Source: an uncultured Bacillales bacterium (lineage in GTDB: Bacteria; Bacillota_I; Bacilli_A; RFN20; CAG-826). Taken from it: a DNA stretch of 33,521 nt. Below are positions 17,081-26,888 of this stretch, piece after piece (position 1 is the stretch's first letter; every line of letters begins with the position of its first letter). Location: positions 1 through 33,521 of the forward strand of contig CAMOSZ010000110.1 in NCBI GenBank assembly GCA_946625285.1, read 5' to 3'. The position numbers were made by a program, and so were the translations under genes. A model generated the notes under the pieces. The model had not been told where the DNA came from. It was given only the letters and a program-made list of their open reading frames with translations, and searched no databases.

Positions 17081-19675
17081 TTAGCCATTATGTCTAGCAA
17101 ATGGATGGAATCCATGTGGTTGAAGCGCTTCATCAACATCACCAAGGATTGGTGTGTAATAGGTATTGAATTCTTCATCAATTTCTCTTTCTGCTAAGAA
17201 GACACAGAAATAACCTGTTGAGGCATCATAATAGAATTCAAGATACATGTCAGCAACTGCTGGTTTAGTAGTCATTGTTTGAATATCCATTGCGTAGATA
17301 TAAGCATCAACATAACTTCCATCATATTTATATGCAAAATAGAAGATATCTGTTCCTAAATCTTCACCTTCATCTGTGATGTAGTGATCAGAAATATAAC
17401 CTTTAGAATAACCGTTTTGATATTCTTCGGTTGTAAAGACAAGGTGTGTATCTGGATATGCAGTTGAATCCCATGTGCCAACTGGGTTAGCGTGTGCTGG
17501 GATAATATAGATTTCTAAAACTGTTGGAGTTGCACCAGCTTCGTAACGTGTGGAGTTAAGCGTGATATTAACTTTAACGTTTTCAGTAATATTTTTTGCT
17601 CCAGTGGTATCAATAACTAAATCAGCAGAGTTTGGTGCAGATTTGATTGTTAATAAGCTTGTATTGCTACTAGTAGCAGTATAAACAAGTGGTGAACCAC
17701 TTGGAGATGGTTGAATTCTGAATTTATATGTTCCGTTAGCGTGAACATTGGCTTGATACCAAGATTCGACTGGAGCATAACTTGGATCACTAATGACATC
17801 CATAATGTAGAAGCTACGGATATCTTTACCAGCGATAACGTGGCAATTAACATCTAAAGTTGCACCTTTAATAGTTGCAGCGTTGACGTGGTTAGAGAAA
17901 GTAACAACTGCATCGCCTTCGTTATGAGCCGCCATTTGGTAATATAAATCAGTTGGGAGTTTAGCAATTACATCTTCATTAGAAGAAGCAACTGGGCCAT
18001 ATTGCCATAAGTCTAAAGCGGTAGAAGGAGTATAAGAGATAGTAATTTCATCTTTAATCTTTCCACTACCATCACTAATCATGACGCCTTCACCTAAAGC
18101 AAAATAACTATCAGTAGCAATAGTTGCCTTATCAGTAAGTGATTTAGAGACATAGCGATATGAATCAATAGAAGTAATGTAGTATGGGCTTGGATCAAAT
18201 GTGCATGCTTCATTAGCAACACCATAGGTGTAGGAAGCATTAATTTTGATTTTGACTGATCCAGTTTGTCCAGTTAATGGTTTGTGTTGTTGGAAATCCC
18301 ATTGATCTTTAGAGAATAATGTTTCTTTGTAGACTAATGAGGTAACAGCACCTCTTTCATCAAAGCTTAAATCAACATCATAAACATAAGCTTCATGACG
18401 TTCACTTGAATAAGTAGAAGCACTATGATCATATTCAACAGTGGTATCAACTGCGGTTGTAAATCCGTTAGCGGTTGGGTTAGAAACGATTGTGCTAACT
18501 GACCAAGAGACGTCGTCTCCAGTAACTCCAACACGATAAGCCCACATAATATCTTTTTCAAGTAAGTAGGCTGGGTTATGGGAAGTACTATTAATTTCTC
18601 TCATAACATTAGATTTGCTCTTCGCGTATCTATAGCCATAGTCATCGCCATCGATAACATCATATCTAGCGGAGTAAGCGCCATAATTGTTGTAACTTTC
18701 TCTGAAGCGGTCATCATTGATGGTTTTGCTTCCTTCTTTTAAAGCATATGTATCAACAACTTCGTATGTCTTATTTGTTTCATCATAGTGACGATAAACA
18801 AGCATATTGTGATCATCGAGTTTATCTTCGATAGTTGCTAAAGTTGTATTGTTATTGTATTTCTTCCAGGAGAATTTATGGTTAAAGACATCAGTTGTGG
18901 ATTTATCCATAATTTCATATTCTGCGGTAGCAAGATCTGGAATATACATTGCTGGTTCGCTTCTAACAGCGTAGCTGTCAATTAAGACAGAAGCGAGTTG
19001 AGGAGCAGTAGTTGGGTAATTATCAATTCTCTTTCTTTGAACTGAGAAAGGTGCTTCATCTTTGCTTTCATCATAGAAGAAGTCATATGTTGCGCCTCTA
19101 GAAATTTCAAAGTTATAGTTTGGATTACCTGTAATCATGTGGATATCACCAAATGAAACTGATTCATCAAGGTCTAAAGCTTGTAATTTGCTTTCTCCAA
19201 CTTTGATGTTGAATTTAGCGAATAATCCACTTCCAGCTGGAACAGAAACATTTCTAGCAGCCCAAATACCTGTAGACTCTTTGGTAAACGCTGCTACGAA
19301 GTCGCCATCAATAACGACATCACCATTAACAGAAACTCTGATAACAATAGATGCGGATTGGTTTGGCATTGTGAACTTATATGTTTTACCATCTGCTTCA
19401 GGAGTCAATATACGGTTTGTATTTAAAACAACTTCCTTTAAATTAAAACCTTCATCAATTGAGTTAATAACTAAGACTACTTCTTCACCCTCTTGAGCGC
19501 GTTCTTTATTGATTGAATAATGAACGGATGTTGGAGCGGTAACCATAATCTTGTAGTCATCGACAATGACTGGTCCAGGTGGAACAACTGATCCTCCACC
19601 ATCTGATGGTTGATTACATCCAGCTAATAAAAGAGCAATAGAAGCAATACCAATAAGTAAATTTTTCTTTTTCAT
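17081..19675 (-). CDS. Large lipoprotein with divergent InlB B-repeat-like and Ig-like segments
   Basis: Lipobox LAGC and a Pro/Gly tether; AQEGEEVVL...YKFTMPNQSASI resembles a divergent InlB B-repeat; SSNEDV and SSNTSLLTI resemble Big_2 remnants. Confidence 0.75.
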   Translation of the reverse strand: MKKKNLLIGIASIALLLAGCNQPSDGGGSVVPPGPVIVDDYKIMVTAPTSVHYSINKERAQEGEEVVLVINSIDEGFNLKEVVLNTNRILTPEADGKTYKFTMPNQSASIVIRVSVNGDVVIDGDFVAAFTKESTGIWAARNVSVPAGSGLFAKFNIKVGESKLQALDLDESVSFGDIHMITGNPNYNFEISRGATYDFFYDESKDEAPFSVQRKRIDNYPTTAPQLASVLIDSYAVRSEPAMYIPDLATAEYEIMDKSTTDVFNHKFSWKKYNNNTTLATIEDKLDDHNMLVYRHYDETNKTYEVVDTYALKEGSKTINDDRFRESYNNYGAYSARYDVIDGDDYGYRYAKSKSNVMREINSTSHNPAYLLEKDIMWAYRVGVTGDDVSWSVSTIVSNPTANGFTTAVDTTVEYDHSASTYSSERHEAYVYDVDLSFDERGAVTSLVYKETLFSKDQWDFQQHKPLTGQTGSVKIKINASYTYGVANEACTFDPSPYYITSIDSYRYVSKSLTDKATIATDSYFALGEGVMISDGSGKIKDEITISYTPSTALDLWQYGPVASSNEDVIAKLPTDLYYQMAAHNEGDAVVTFSNHVNAATIKGATLDVNCHVIAGKDIRSFYIMDVISDPSYAPVESWYQANVHANGTYKFRIQPSPSGSPLVYTATSSNTSLLTIKSAPNSADLVIDTTGAKNITENVKVNITLNSTRYEAGATPTVLEIYIIPAHANPVGTWDSTAYPDTHLVFTTEEYQNGYSKGYISDHYITDEGEDLGTDIFYFAYKYDGSYVDAYIYAMDIQTMTTKPAVADMYLEFYYDASTGYFCVFLAEREIDEEFNTYYTPILGDVDEALQPHGFHPFARHNG

Positions 19676-19701
19676 AGTAAGAAATCCCTTCTTTTTAATT
19701 T

Positions 19702-20481
19702 TTATCTAGCAGTTAACATTGTTAGTAAGCCGTCTTCAACGTACATATATACGTAATCTGAACATCTAGCAACGACAAGACCAGTAAGGACTGTTAACTT
19801 TGCAGTTGATTTTGTTGTTTTGATTGTGAAACTATATCCATCAAAGTATTGAACATAAGAATCATAAGTAGCGGTAAATGTAATAGAAACGTTTTGTTCG
19901 TAATCATCTCCACCAGTAATTGTTCCGGTAAAATCTGCTGTTGAGAATTCGGTAACAGTTAATCTCCAAGAACCAATATAAGCTGCATAGTCTTCTGGAG
20001 AAGCAAAATAGTCAATGTTATATAGTCTTTGTGGCATATATTCTGCTGTATATTTTCTTCTCACATGGATGATATTACGATAAACAAGCATTCCATCAGC
20101 GTCTTCAATCTTGAGAATAAAATCTCCGATTGCATTAGCAGTAGTAATTGTGAAGTTAGTTGTAGAGCCTTCTTCCATTGTTGCAGTCGCTAAATTTGGA
20201 TTTGAAATAAAAATTTCAAATGCCGGATTAACATTGGTTGATGTATAGCTAAATAAGTAAGTTGAATCGTTGGCGATGTATCTGCCAACTGCAACATCAG
20301 CAAATGTTTCTCCATAGCTACCATTCTTTTGAATATAATCTTTTGATTTAAACTCGACAGTTCCGTAATCAGTGATTTCATATTCATCACCACTTGTGTC
20401 TTTATGCTTACCTTGGTCACCACAACCAACAAGCATTGGAAGTACGAGTAATAGTCCTAATATTTTTCTAAATTGTTTCAT
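19702..20481 (-). CDS. Lipoprotein of unknown function
   Basis: Lipobox LVGC; GAGGAGG RBS; beta-rich Thr/Tyr composition. Confidence 0.75.
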   Translation of the reverse strand: MKQFRKILGLLLVLPMLVGCGDQGKHKDTSGDEYEITDYGTVEFKSKDYIQKNGSYGETFADVAVGRYIANDSTYLFSYTSTNVNPAFEIFISNPNLATATMEEGSTTNFTITTANAIGDFILKIEDADGMLVYRNIIHVRRKYTAEYMPQRLYNIDYFASPEDYAAYIGSWRLTVTEFSTADFTGTITGGDDYEQNVSITFTATYDSYVQYFDGYSFTIKTTKSTAKLTVLTGLVVARCSDYVYMYVEDGLLTMLTAR

Positions 20482-20508
20482 TTTCTCCTCCTCGATTTAT
20501 TCTATAAA

Positions 20509-22614
20509 TCATAAATGAAAACCTTCACAGTATATAGATGCATTCTTATATGTCGCAACATTGTTGAGATCACTTAAGAACGTCATTTTTCCATCAGCAA
20601 GTCTTGCTCTAATAGTAGTACCAACTGACACCCAAGCATAGTTTTGAGTTTCAACTGTGAATGTAATGACATTTGTATCAGCATCATAACTGACACCTAA
20701 GTCAGCTTGATATTTACCAGTGCCACCATCTTTTAAGTGAGCTTTACAGTCACTTTCAGATTCATAGTTATTAAACGAAATTACTAGAGTGTAATCTTCT
20801 TCATCCCAACCACTATAGTATGTGCCACTAAACGTGAGACCTTTTAAGTTAGGGAATGATGCAGTAACTTCTTCATCACTAACAACTGTGAATGTTTTAG
20901 CGGAAATATTGATGGTAACAACCACTCTTCTAGTTCCAGTAGTTAAGGTAACTGTTGTTCCGTTAATAACTGCAACAAAGTCAGTATTATCGTAAACAGC
21001 GTTATCTTCATTTGGAATAACAAGGGTGTTTCCTTTATCATCTTCGTAGACTCCATATGGGTCAACGATTTCTGCTCTTAATCGATATCCACCTTCTCCA
21101 ATATATCTAACTCCTAATAATTCGTCAGTTCCTTTGGAAACGGTGTACATTGCTCTAGCGTCATAAACATGTTCGCCAGAAAGCATTTTAACTGTCACAT
21201 CTTCATGTAATTCTTTCGCTGTGTAATTGATATAGAAAGAAACATAAAGTTTTGTGTCTTTATAGACTTGTAAGACGAGATGGGTTACTCCGTTAATAAC
21301 GAATCTTTCTCCATCAACTGTGTACATGTTTCTTGTATCAGTAGAATTCTCTTTTTGGATACACATGATGTCATAGGTATCAAAAGGAGATTTGAGTTCG
21401 TAATCACTTGCGAATAAGTATCTATCACCATAAATAAGTGTTGCGTAGTCTTCGGTGTATAAAGAATCATCATAAACAGTTTTAACTTGTGCTTGTTTTG
21501 TAACTGTGTTGTTTCTTCTTAATGTGATGGCTCCACTTGTAGCCACTGTTAAATCTTTTGTTTCATCAAAAGAATTAATAACTCCAGTAGAACCGCTAAT
21601 AGGAACTAAGAAATAGTCTCCGACAACCTTATTTCCATCAAGAAGTTTGCTATTTCCTTCGGTTGGATAAACTGTAATCTTCTTGTCATAAGCGTATGGT
21701 GTGGTGAAATAGAAGACATCTTTACTGCTATCGTATGAAGCTTCGTTAGTCTCAACTCCACCTAAATCACTAGTGACTCTCTTATATGTAAGTCCGCGAC
21801 AGAAATAGCTATCATCACTTGAAGTTGCTTTAAAGTAAACAACATCACCTTGATTAACACTATTGGTGGCGGTAGTACAATCTTTGTCTAAATATGCTTT
21901 AAGGGTAATATGTGTAGAATTTTGAATGTCTAACAAATAATCCTTAACAATTGGAGTATCATCACGATAATTTGGTGTAATAGAAATGAAATCATAATCG
22001 CCTTTATCAGCGACAAATGTTACATAGCCATTATCATCAACGTTTTGATCTTCTCCGTTAATTGATAATGAAGTAGGAATTAAATATCCATTTGCTTCTA
22101 ATTTCACTCTTATTTCATTACCAAGAGTGACGTTATAGTATGTAACTCCATCTTCCACTAGAGCGTTAGTAAGTGGAGTAAAATTATTATCAATTTTTTC
22201 TGCGATTTCTTTAATTAATCCTTTTGCGTCATGAACGTACATCTTACTTGTTTCAACGACTTTAGGATTAATTGTGACTGCACAAGTAGCAGTAAAGTTA
22301 CCATCAACTGTGGTAGCGGTAATATTCACTGTTCCATCTTTTAAAGTGCTAACAACACCTGCTTCACTAACGGTTGCAAATGTATCGTTACTACTACTCC
22401 ATGTCACATCTTTATTTGTTGCGTCACTAGGAGTAACAGTTGCTTTAAGTGTGAAAGAGTCACCAACGGTGACTGTTTTACTTGTGTAATCTAAAAAAAT
22501 ACCTGTTACATGGACTGTTGTATCAACTGGTCCAGAAGGAGTGTTTGTTGCGCATCCAAAGAGCATACCTGAGGCAAGTATTGTCGGTATTAAGTATCTA
22601 ATTGTCTTTTTCAT
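20509..22614 (-). CDS. Lipoprotein with Big_2 Ig-like domain
   Basis: Lipobox LFGC; VHVTGIFLD...LKATVTPSDATNKDVTWSSSN...GTVNITATTVDGNFTATCAVT is a classic Big_2 domain; AAGGAG RBS. Confidence 0.85.
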   Translation of the reverse strand: MKKTIRYLIPTILASGMLFGCATNTPSGPVDTTVHVTGIFLDYTSKTVTVGDSFTLKATVTPSDATNKDVTWSSSNDTFATVSEAGVVSTLKDGTVNITATTVDGNFTATCAVTINPKVVETSKMYVHDAKGLIKEIAEKIDNNFTPLTNALVEDGVTYYNVTLGNEIRVKLEANGYLIPTSLSINGEDQNVDDNGYVTFVADKGDYDFISITPNYRDDTPIVKDYLLDIQNSTHITLKAYLDKDCTTATNSVNQGDVVYFKATSSDDSYFCRGLTYKRVTSDLGGVETNEASYDSSKDVFYFTTPYAYDKKITVYPTEGNSKLLDGNKVVGDYFLVPISGSTGVINSFDETKDLTVATSGAITLRRNNTVTKQAQVKTVYDDSLYTEDYATLIYGDRYLFASDYELKSPFDTYDIMCIQKENSTDTRNMYTVDGERFVINGVTHLVLQVYKDTKLYVSFYINYTAKELHEDVTVKMLSGEHVYDARAMYTVSKGTDELLGVRYIGEGGYRLRAEIVDPYGVYEDDKGNTLVIPNEDNAVYDNTDFVAVINGTTVTLTTGTRRVVVTINISAKTFTVVSDEEVTASFPNLKGLTFSGTYYSGWDEEDYTLVISFNNYESESDCKAHLKDGGTGKYQADLGVSYDADTNVITFTVETQNYAWVSVGTTIRARLADGKMTFLSDLNNVATYKNASIYCEGFHL

Positions 22615-22650
22615 ATGCGCGTACTCTCCTTATACGTGTATAAATATTAA

Positions 22651-22691
22651 AGCACAGAGGCTTGGCTAAAGGAAGACCAAACCTCTGTACT
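22651..22691 (-). other. Long intergenic stem-loop (15 bp, 11-nt loop); terminator or processing/stabilising element
   Basis: Minus-strand RNA AGUACAGAGGUUUGG / CCAAGCCUCUGUGCU pairs fully with two G-U pairs; only a weak U tail follows. Confidence 0.7.
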
Positions 22692-22736
22692 AAATTATTT
22701 TAATAATATAAATGTATGCTGTAGCAATTACAAGAT

Positions 22737-25700
22737 TTATGCTGCGACAACAACAAGGTTAGAAATGACAACTTGGTCAGAACCATTATCGCCGCTGCCA
22801 TCTTTGGAATAAGCAAATTTTAATACTGTTCCAGCAGCATAATGTGTTGTTGCAAATGCAGTTGTTTCAATAGTTCCGGAAAGGTCACTAAGGACTCCAC
22901 TTCCGTTGACTGAATATGTGAATTTATCCCATCCACTTTCAGAAGAAACGGAATAAGAGAAACTAACATCTGCATCAACCGCTAATGTTAATGTCATGAA
23001 ACATGTTGAGCTACCAGCACCTGCGTTACCAGTAGTGAATGTTCCGGCAGCGGAATCAAACACCATTTGATAAGAGTTGCCATTTAATTCAATGTTACTG
23101 AACATTCCTGGATATGCAGCATCAATTTCGTTTGCTACATCGTTTTTAAACTTACCAGTAAGTTTTGCGTAAACACTCATGTTTTCATTAACTGCTGTTC
23201 CGCTAGCAATTGGATTGTTGAATTCTGGATCGGTGTACCAACCATCATGACCATGATAATAACTACTGTTATAATCAGGAAGTGTTAATGTTGCACCTTT
23301 ATCTAAAACTCTTGTTTCATAGTTGCCATCTGGTCCATTTGTATAGACTTTAACAGTAACTTGTTCAACCCATTTAGCGTAGATTTCTGTATTAGCTGTA
23401 ATACCAGCGCTGAAATCAAATGGAGTGTCATATCCAGTAGTTGTGTACCAACCATCAAAGCGATATCCGCTTCTAGTTGGATCTGCAATCTTAGTAATCG
23501 CTTGATTTGCAATGACTTCAACCTCTTGGTTATCAGTTGCTCCATCGTTAAAGTTGTAGCTTAATGTGACAGTATTGACACCAGTGATGTTAAGATTTCT
23601 AATCTTAGCCATGTCAATGCCTTTATCACCACTGCTATCTTTACGATATTCAAATTTGATGACATTGCCAGCATCAACAACGATTGTCTTACTAGCGTAT
23701 TCTGTCATGCTTTGTCCTGCCGCTTTAAGAACTTCGGTTTGTGAGCTTGTCTTTGTTGGTTTTGTATAAACCGCAAAGTAGTCATAGCTTCCACCTTCAT
23801 TAGTTGAGAAGTAATCAAAGCTAACAGTAGCAGCTTTCTTAAATTCAATAACCATTGAAGAATATGAGCTCTTAACACCAGCGTTTGTACTGATGATTTC
23901 ACCACTATCTTCAACGAAGTGCATATATGTAGAAACATCTAAGAAGATATCGTTAATATATTCACCAAATTGATTATAGAGATTATTGAATAAATCGCTT
24001 TGGAATCTGCCATTTAATTTTGCATAGATATCTGTGTTTGCATTAATCACATCACCAGAAGTAAATTGATTATTGAATTCAGTATCTGTGTACCAACCAT
24101 CAAATCCAGTGTAGTAAGTATAACTTCCGGAAGTATATGTTGGATCTGCTAAAACATAGCTTGTTCCAGCATCAACAACTTCTGAATGTGTTGCAGCTGC
24201 TTCTGGTCCATTTGCATAGACTGTAACAGTTGCTTCTTCACCAACTGGTGAGAGATTGAATGTTGTATTAGCGTTAGTTGTGACCTTTAAGAAGTATGTA
24301 CCTGCTTCTAAGTTATAGACTTTATCTTTGTCTGTTCTTCCATTGCTGAAGGAAATGATTGCATCACTCGAATCATATAAGCAGAAGATTGGTTTACTTG
24401 ATGTTTGATTGTGATCATTAATCTTTAGGTCACTTGTCAAACGAACTTTGCCTGCATTTTCAAGAGTGAATTTGTACCATCTATCGTTGAAGTCAGAACT
24501 ATGTGTAATAACTTCATTTGTTCCATCAACAGGGACTGCTTTAGCAGAACTCTTAGAATATGTTGGGGCAATTTCAGAAGAAATTGTAAATGTTGTGATT
24601 GTATCTGCTGAGTTAGCAGTGAATCCAACATAATATGTTGTTCCTGCTTCAAGGTGCATAATCGCTGATTTAGCGCCATAAGAAGCAGTGACATTTGTAG
24701 ATGTGAATGTTCCGTTAGAGATTGTTCCAATGTAAGCACCGCACCATTTTGCGCATTCATTTGTAATGAAGTAATCGCCAGTTGTTTCTGGGGTGTATGA
24801 AGCCCATAAAACACCTTTTTGTGGAACAGTGTCAGAGAATGAACCAGTAAATGGTTTTGCAGTTGTGTAATCTCTTCCATCGTTTGCGACACATTCTGTG
24901 AATTGAATTGTGAATGAACCATATCTAGTTGTGCTGTAGTTGACACCATCAACACCAGCGATGAATGATTCGCCAGCGGCTAATCTAACTTTTAAGATAT
25001 TTCCAACACCACCACCAGAAGATGTGATGGATGGGGAATTGCCACAATCAGTAGATGGGGAATTACCAGTAGCTAATGTTACTCTAGTACCATCATCGTT
25101 ATATCCTCTTAAGTAGATGTAATCATTAAATGAAGCAGCAGCGCTTGTAATGACTGCGGTAAATACTAAGTCATGGTCAGCAACAACTTTGAAGTATCCA
25201 GTATTTGCTTCTTCAAACACTTCGTAATTATAGCTTTGTCCTAATGTGACCATGATTGGGTCAGCGACTGAAGAACCTTGTGGTAAATCTTCAAATTGTG
25301 CATAGATTGTTTCGTCTCCAGCAACAACGTGTGGGAAGACGATTTGGTTTCCACCTGTTGGGGCATCAAACCATCCAACGAATTTTTTGCTTCCACCGTT
25401 ATAAGATGGTTTGCCTGGATCAGATAGTGATTTGCCAACTAAAGTATTAAATACTTTTGAGCCAGCAACGCCACCTAATGTAGCGTTTTCAAAACTGAAT
25501 GTAACTGTTGCAGCAACAGAGTCACTACAAATAACATTACCTTCGAATGTATACCATTTATCACCATCAGCAGCGGCTAATTCTTCCCACTCAGCTTCGG
25601 TACCTTCGTAATTGATTGTGACATTGCTTGGCCAGCTATCAACAACTGTTGGTAAGGATTCAACATCATAAGAAACATTAATTGTTTCAAGATTTGGTTG

Positions 25701-26648
25701 ATTTGAACTAGTGATTCCTGTAGAAGATGGTTTAAAGTTTCTTGCATTAAGATTCAAAACTCTCAAACTGCCTTTTGGAATTGGATTGCTTGTTGCACTA
25801 GCCATGTTTAGTGGAATAGTGTATTCGGTCATTTTATTTTGTGTATAGAACAAGTAATTGCCAGCAGATGTAACTGTATTAGGAATATATACTTCCTCAA
25901 GAACAGAATTACCTTCAAATAAACCACTACTACCATTGACTTCTAATTTAGTAACTGGTGCTAAACCGTTAGTGCCATCATCGTAGTAATCTGGGATAAC
26001 TGCTCTGACAACATTAGAATAGCTGCTGCCTCTTTTAATTTGGTAGCTACCATTTTTAAATTCGAATGTGTAAGCGCCCTCAATAGGATTTCCACTTGCA
26101 TCATAAGCAAAAGAACCATAATTCTTTTCAGAACAACCAAATTCAACGGAAATTGATTCAACTTCCACTGGATTTGTGGCAACAATCTTAAAGAAGTTAG
26201 CTCCTTGCACTTCAACTCCATCACCGGCGGATGCTAAGTCGATTGAGTGATCTAAGTAGCCTGAGGTTGCACCCCACATAAGTACTGCATCATCTGCAGC
26301 TGCATTTGACGTAACTTGAATTCTTGTCATATCGTTGATTGGTTCGCTATTACCGTAAGAACCTTTAGCAAGGATTCTTCCTACTTTTCCAGAAACTGGA
26401 GTAACGTTTTTGTAATCAACTTTGACAGGATTGTCTAGGCCTGTTTTTGCATTAGCACTATTTGTCTTAAGTGATGCAACGCTAGCTGCACCATTAGTGC
26501 CATTAAAAACAACACCATAGTTTGGGACTGTAGCTCTTAATCTGCTAGCAACAAAGTTGTCACCAAACAAAGGCATAACACAAATGCCCATACCGAGAAC
26601 GGCTGTAATGCTAACAGCAAGAACAATCTTTTTCTTTCTAGAGTCCAT
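22737..26648 (-). CDS. Large secreted/surface protein with a BspA-type LRR-like segment, InlB B-repeats and duplicated beta-sandwich domains
   Basis: N-terminal hydrophobic segment; LEEVYIPNTVT and INYEGTEAEW are BspA-LRR-like; four FxGWF/DGWY...IYA[KQ] InlB B-repeat-like units; two domains with VSFxY...YxKDxSGDxGxD. Confidence 0.8.
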   Translation of the reverse strand: MDSRKKKIVLAVSITAVLGMGICVMPLFGDNFVASRLRATVPNYGVVFNGTNGAASVASLKTNSANAKTGLDNPVKVDYKNVTPVSGKVGRILAKGSYGNSEPINDMTRIQVTSNAAADDAVLMWGATSGYLDHSIDLASAGDGVEVQGANFFKIVATNPVEVESISVEFGCSEKNYGSFAYDASGNPIEGAYTFEFKNGSYQIKRGSSYSNVVRAVIPDYYDDGTNGLAPVTKLEVNGSSGLFEGNSVLEEVYIPNTVTSAGNYLFYTQNKMTEYTIPLNMASATSNPIPKGSLRVLNLNARNFKPSSTGITSSNQPNLETINVSYDVESLPTVVDSWPSNVTINYEGTEAEWEELAAADGDKWYTFEGNVICSDSVAATVTFSFENATLGGVAGSKVFNTLVGKSLSDPGKPSYNGGSKKFVGWFDAPTGGNQIVFPHVVAGDETIYAQFEDLPQGSSVADPIMVTLGQSYNYEVFEEANTGYFKVVADHDLVFTAVITSAAASFNDYIYLRGYNDDGTRVTLATGNSPSTDCGNSPSITSSGGGVGNILKVRLAAGESFIAGVDGVNYSTTRYGSFTIQFTECVANDGRDYTTAKPFTGSFSDTVPQKGVLWASYTPETTGDYFITNECAKWCGAYIGTISNGTFTSTNVTASYGAKSAIMHLEAGTTYYVGFTANSADTITTFTISSEIAPTYSKSSAKAVPVDGTNEVITHSSDFNDRWYKFTLENAGKVRLTSDLKINDHNQTSSKPIFCLYDSSDAIISFSNGRTDKDKVYNLEAGTYFLKVTTNANTTFNLSPVGEEATVTVYANGPEAAATHSEVVDAGTSYVLADPTYTSGSYTYYTGFDGWYTDTEFNNQFTSGDVINANTDIYAKLNGRFQSDLFNNLYNQFGEYINDIFLDVSTYMHFVEDSGEIISTNAGVKSSYSSMVIEFKKAATVSFDYFSTNEGGSYDYFAVYTKPTKTSSQTEVLKAAGQSMTEYASKTIVVDAGNVIKFEYRKDSSGDKGIDMAKIRNLNITGVNTVTLSYNFNDGATDNQEVEVIANQAITKIADPTRSGYRFDGWYTTTGYDTPFDFSAGITANTEIYAKWVEQVTVKVYTNGPDGNYETRVLDKGATLTLPDYNSSYYHGHDGWYTDPEFNNPIASGTAVNENMSVYAKLTGKFKNDVANEIDAAYPGMFSNIELNGNSYQMVFDSAAGTFTTGNAGAGSSTCFMTLTLAVDADVSFSYSVSSESGWDKFTYSVNGSGVLSDLSGTIETTAFATTHYAAGTVLKFAYSKDGSGDNGSDQVVISNLVVVAA

Positions 26649-26789
26649 TTAGTTGTCTCCTTTCGATTTGTAAGCCTTCGCCTACAAAAGATTATTAATT
26701 TGCGTAAATAATAGAATTATTGAACGCGTGTGTAAAGTGTTTTTATCTTACAAACCAAAATTTTTTAGTAAACAATTCCACTCGATAAC

Positions 26790-26813
26790 AAAAAAGGTAA
26801 CCATAGGTTACCT
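26790..26813 (-). terminator. Intrinsic terminator after the 184-aa secreted protein gene
   Basis: AGGTAACC (26795-26802) / GGTTACCT (26806-26813) stem with a T-run on the minus strand. Confidence 0.8.
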
Positions 26814-26888
26814 CTCTTATTTGTTTATTTAGTTATTAGGTATTTTATATTTATTTTTACCTTATTTACTATTCTTTGATACTGATTA

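Noticed and set aside
24437-24955. 172-aa alternative-frame ORF inside the large surface protein gene, and other short nested same-strand ORFs
   Set aside because: L/Q/M-rich composition typical of frame-shifted shadows of a biased-codon gene; no RBS or motifs.
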